In this document: piece after piece, positions 62,039 to 64,000 of the stretch
How the letters are laid out: the number at the start of each line of letters is the position of its first letter
How positions within the stretch are numbered: position 1 is the first letter of the stretch
Origin: Pirellulales bacterium
GTDB lineage: Bacteria > Planctomycetota > Planctomycetia > Pirellulales > PALSA-1355
Length of the DNA: 64,000 bases
Assembly: GCA_963733035.1 (NCBI GenBank)
Contig: CAVTBU010000005.1
Span: 1,120,001 to 1,184,000, forward strand
Direction of reading: 5' to 3'
Notes under the pieces: model-generated
What the model was told of the DNA's origin: nothing
What the model saw: only the letters and a program-made list of their open reading frames with translations
Databases searched by the model: none
Translations under genes and position numbers: made by a program

Positions 62039-63423
62039 TGAACCTACCCACGTTTGGTGGGCGCGCTGTGGGGTTATTTGTTGGACATTGGGTTTGAGTT
62101 TGGGGTATTGGGTTGGCGACCCGCGAGACCCTTCGCGGGTCTTGCGCGGTCGCGGTGCTCGTGGGCGGATGATGCTTGGAGAGCGGTATCTGCCAGAGTC
62201 CGCCGGAAGGCTGGGGCGCCGCTGGCGAGGCTTTCTTCGTACTCCACCGGGCTCAAGTGCCCCAGCGACGAATGACTCCGACGACGATTGTAGAACACTT
62301 CGATGTATTCAAACAGGCTTTGTCGAGCGACCTCTTGAGTCGTGTACTGTTCGTGATACACCAGCTCCGTCTTCAGCGTGCCGAAGAAGCTTTCCGCGAC
62401 GGCATTGTCGTAGCAGTTGCCACGGCGACTCATGCTGGCTTGCAGGCCATACCGCGTGAGCAAGCCCTGGTAGTCGTCGCAGGCGTACTGCACGCCCCGA
62501 TCGCTGTGATGCAACACCTCGTTCTGCGGCCGCCGCTGCTCGATCGCCAACCGCAGCGCCCGCAAGCACAAGTCCGCAGCCAGCGAATCGCTGGTGGCCC
62601 AGCCCACGATCTTCCGCGAACACAAGTCGATCACCACCGCCAAGTACAACCAGCCCTCGGCCGTGCGGACGTACGTGATGTCGGCCGCCCAGGCCCGATC
62701 GGGCTGCGGCTGGTAAAACGCCCGATTCAGCCGGTTCGGAGCGATCGGATGGGCGTGACGGCTTTCGGTCGTCCGGACGCGGAACCGGCGATGCATTTTC
62801 GAACGCAGACCGGCGGCACGCATCAGCTTGGCCACCGTGTTCTTCGAGCAGCGAACGTCTTCTGCGATCAGGTCGCGATGCACGCGCGGCGAGCCGTACA
62901 CCGCGCGGCTCCGCTCGTGCACGCGGCGGATCTGGTCGGTCAGCTTCGCCCGCCGCTCGGCGGTTACGCTCGGCGCACGCTTCCACCAGGCGTAGTAACC
63001 GCTCCTGGTTACCTGCAAAACTCGGCACATCACGTTCACCGGAAACTCCCGCATGTGATCCTTGATGAACGCGAATCTCAGGGCTGGTGCTTGGCGAAGA
63101 AGGCCGTCGCTTTTTTTAAAATCTCACGCTCCATGAGGAGCCGCTTGTTCTCCTCCCGCAGCCGCCGCAGTTCCGCCCGCAAAGCCGAGTCACCGCTCGC
63201 GCTGACGCCCACTTCCGGCCCGAACTTCTTCAGCCAATTGCGGATCGAGGCGGCGTCCACGCCCAGGCTCTTGGCCGCCTCCACGACCGTATAGCCCTGC
63301 TGGTTCACCAACTTGACCGCCGACACCTTGAACTCACGCGAATACACTCGACGACCCATGACACGCTCCTTTCACCGGCATTATGCCAGTTCTGTCGCGC
63401 GCCACGAATCGTGGGGAAGGTCA
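62039..63423 (-). mobile_element. IS3 family insertion sequence, 1385 bp
   Basis: TG...CA ends, imperfect IRs TGAACCTACCCACGTTTGGTGG / TGACCTTCCCCACGATTCGTGG, 4-bp target duplication CCAC (62035-38, 63424-27). Confidence 0.95.
62074..63359 (-). CDS. IS3 transposase OrfA (63078-63359) / OrfB joined by -1 programmed frameshift
   Basis: OrfA YSREFK HTH; A7G slippery site at 63110-63117; OrfB WAADITY, HSDRGVQY, DNAVAESFF. Confidence 0.93.
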
Positions 63424-63565
63424 CCACCATACATCGTGATCATCCTTCGCGATCGGCTCGCGAGGTATCTCGATGGCCAATTGCAGGAAGGAATTGCGAC
63501 TCACCCGAAGTCGAAACATCGCACTCGGTAAAGTTGCGACTCCACCAACGGAGATGGAATTAATC

Positions 63566-64000
63566 ATGTCAGTCACTACAGAGCGAAAGAGATTTGTGCA
63601 GAAAGGCGCCGAGCGTCTGATTAGTTTGCCTAGTGATAAGCTGGAACAACTTCAGCAGCTCCGCGACTATTTCGGTCGCGCCAGAACACAACGGGAGCGC
63701 CGCGAGATAATTGATGCTGTAGCCGAGCTGATTTGGCCACCCAATGACGGAACAAAGGCGGTAAATCTTGAATTAGGCATCGACAAGAGAGCCCGTGCCA
63801 AGGTAGACAATTACCGAGAGCAGGTTGGGAACGCAATTCGGCGGAGACGCGAGAAGCTGAATATGACCCAGGAAGAACTTGCGAAACTAGCCGGCATCCC
63901 ACAAAGCCATGTTTCGCGACTTGAGCAAGGGCGACATGCGCCGACTCACATTACTGTCAAGCGGCTGGCGAAGGCACTGAAAACTCGCCCCGCTAAGCTC
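63566..64000 (+). CDS. XRE-family HTH protein (HigA-like antitoxin), runs off window edge
   Basis: Manual translation ...VGNAIRRRREKLNMTQEELAKLAGIPQSHVSRLEQGRHAP...; directly downstream of RelE-like gene. Confidence 0.85.
   Translation, partial: MSVTTERKRFVQKGAERLISLPSDKLEQLQQLRDYFGRARTQRERREIIDAVAELIWPPNDGTKAVNLELGIDKRARAKVDNYREQVGNAIRRRREKLNMTQEELAKLAGIPQSHVSRLEQGRHAPTHITVKRLAKALKTRPAKL

Larger units (their letters stand above)
61654..63531 (+). pseudogene. RelE/Gp49-like toxin gene interrupted by IS3
   Basis: FFELRE...NLRVFF...EIVILKTYKK...QTP; removing the IS and one CCAC rejoins in frame to PYIVIILRDRLARYL...TR*. Confidence 0.75.

Noticed and set aside
62074..62230. C-terminal extension of IS3 OrfB as a separate domain
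   Set aside because: Low-complexity run-on to the first stop before the IR; no recognisable motif

Overview
GC-rich bacterial chromosomal segment, most likely Planctomycetota/Pirellulales (inferred from Cys-rich secreted proteins, PEP-CTERM, orphan mraZ and protein style). Most of it is housekeeping: a beta-oxidation operon, ispD, tyrS, serS, rdgB, mtaB, clpS, glmM, pgm, uvrC, glmS, kdsB, pyrG, mraZ, carA and sugar epimerases. Several essential genes carry single-base frameshifts, which points to assembly indels. Non-routine content: (1) a non-canonical 8/4 allo-tRNA-like gene with a UAU anticodon, long variable arm and G73 (60078-60172), inside an accessory region with an IS1-family transposase and an IS3-interrupted RelE-like/XRE toxin-antitoxin pair; (2) a four-gene operon encoding a 4x174-aa-repeat coiled-coil protein, an FGE/SUMF1-domain protein, a Zn-ribbon TRAFAC GTPase and a GAP1-N2-like protein (45514-51566); (3) a 2.5-kb integrase-less island between tRNA-Ile2 and a 47-bp copy of its 3' half; (4) a c-di-GMP-I riboswitch ahead of an orphan Flp pilin; (5) a candidate structured small RNA upstream of carA. 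All calls come from reading motifs by eye; no searches were run.
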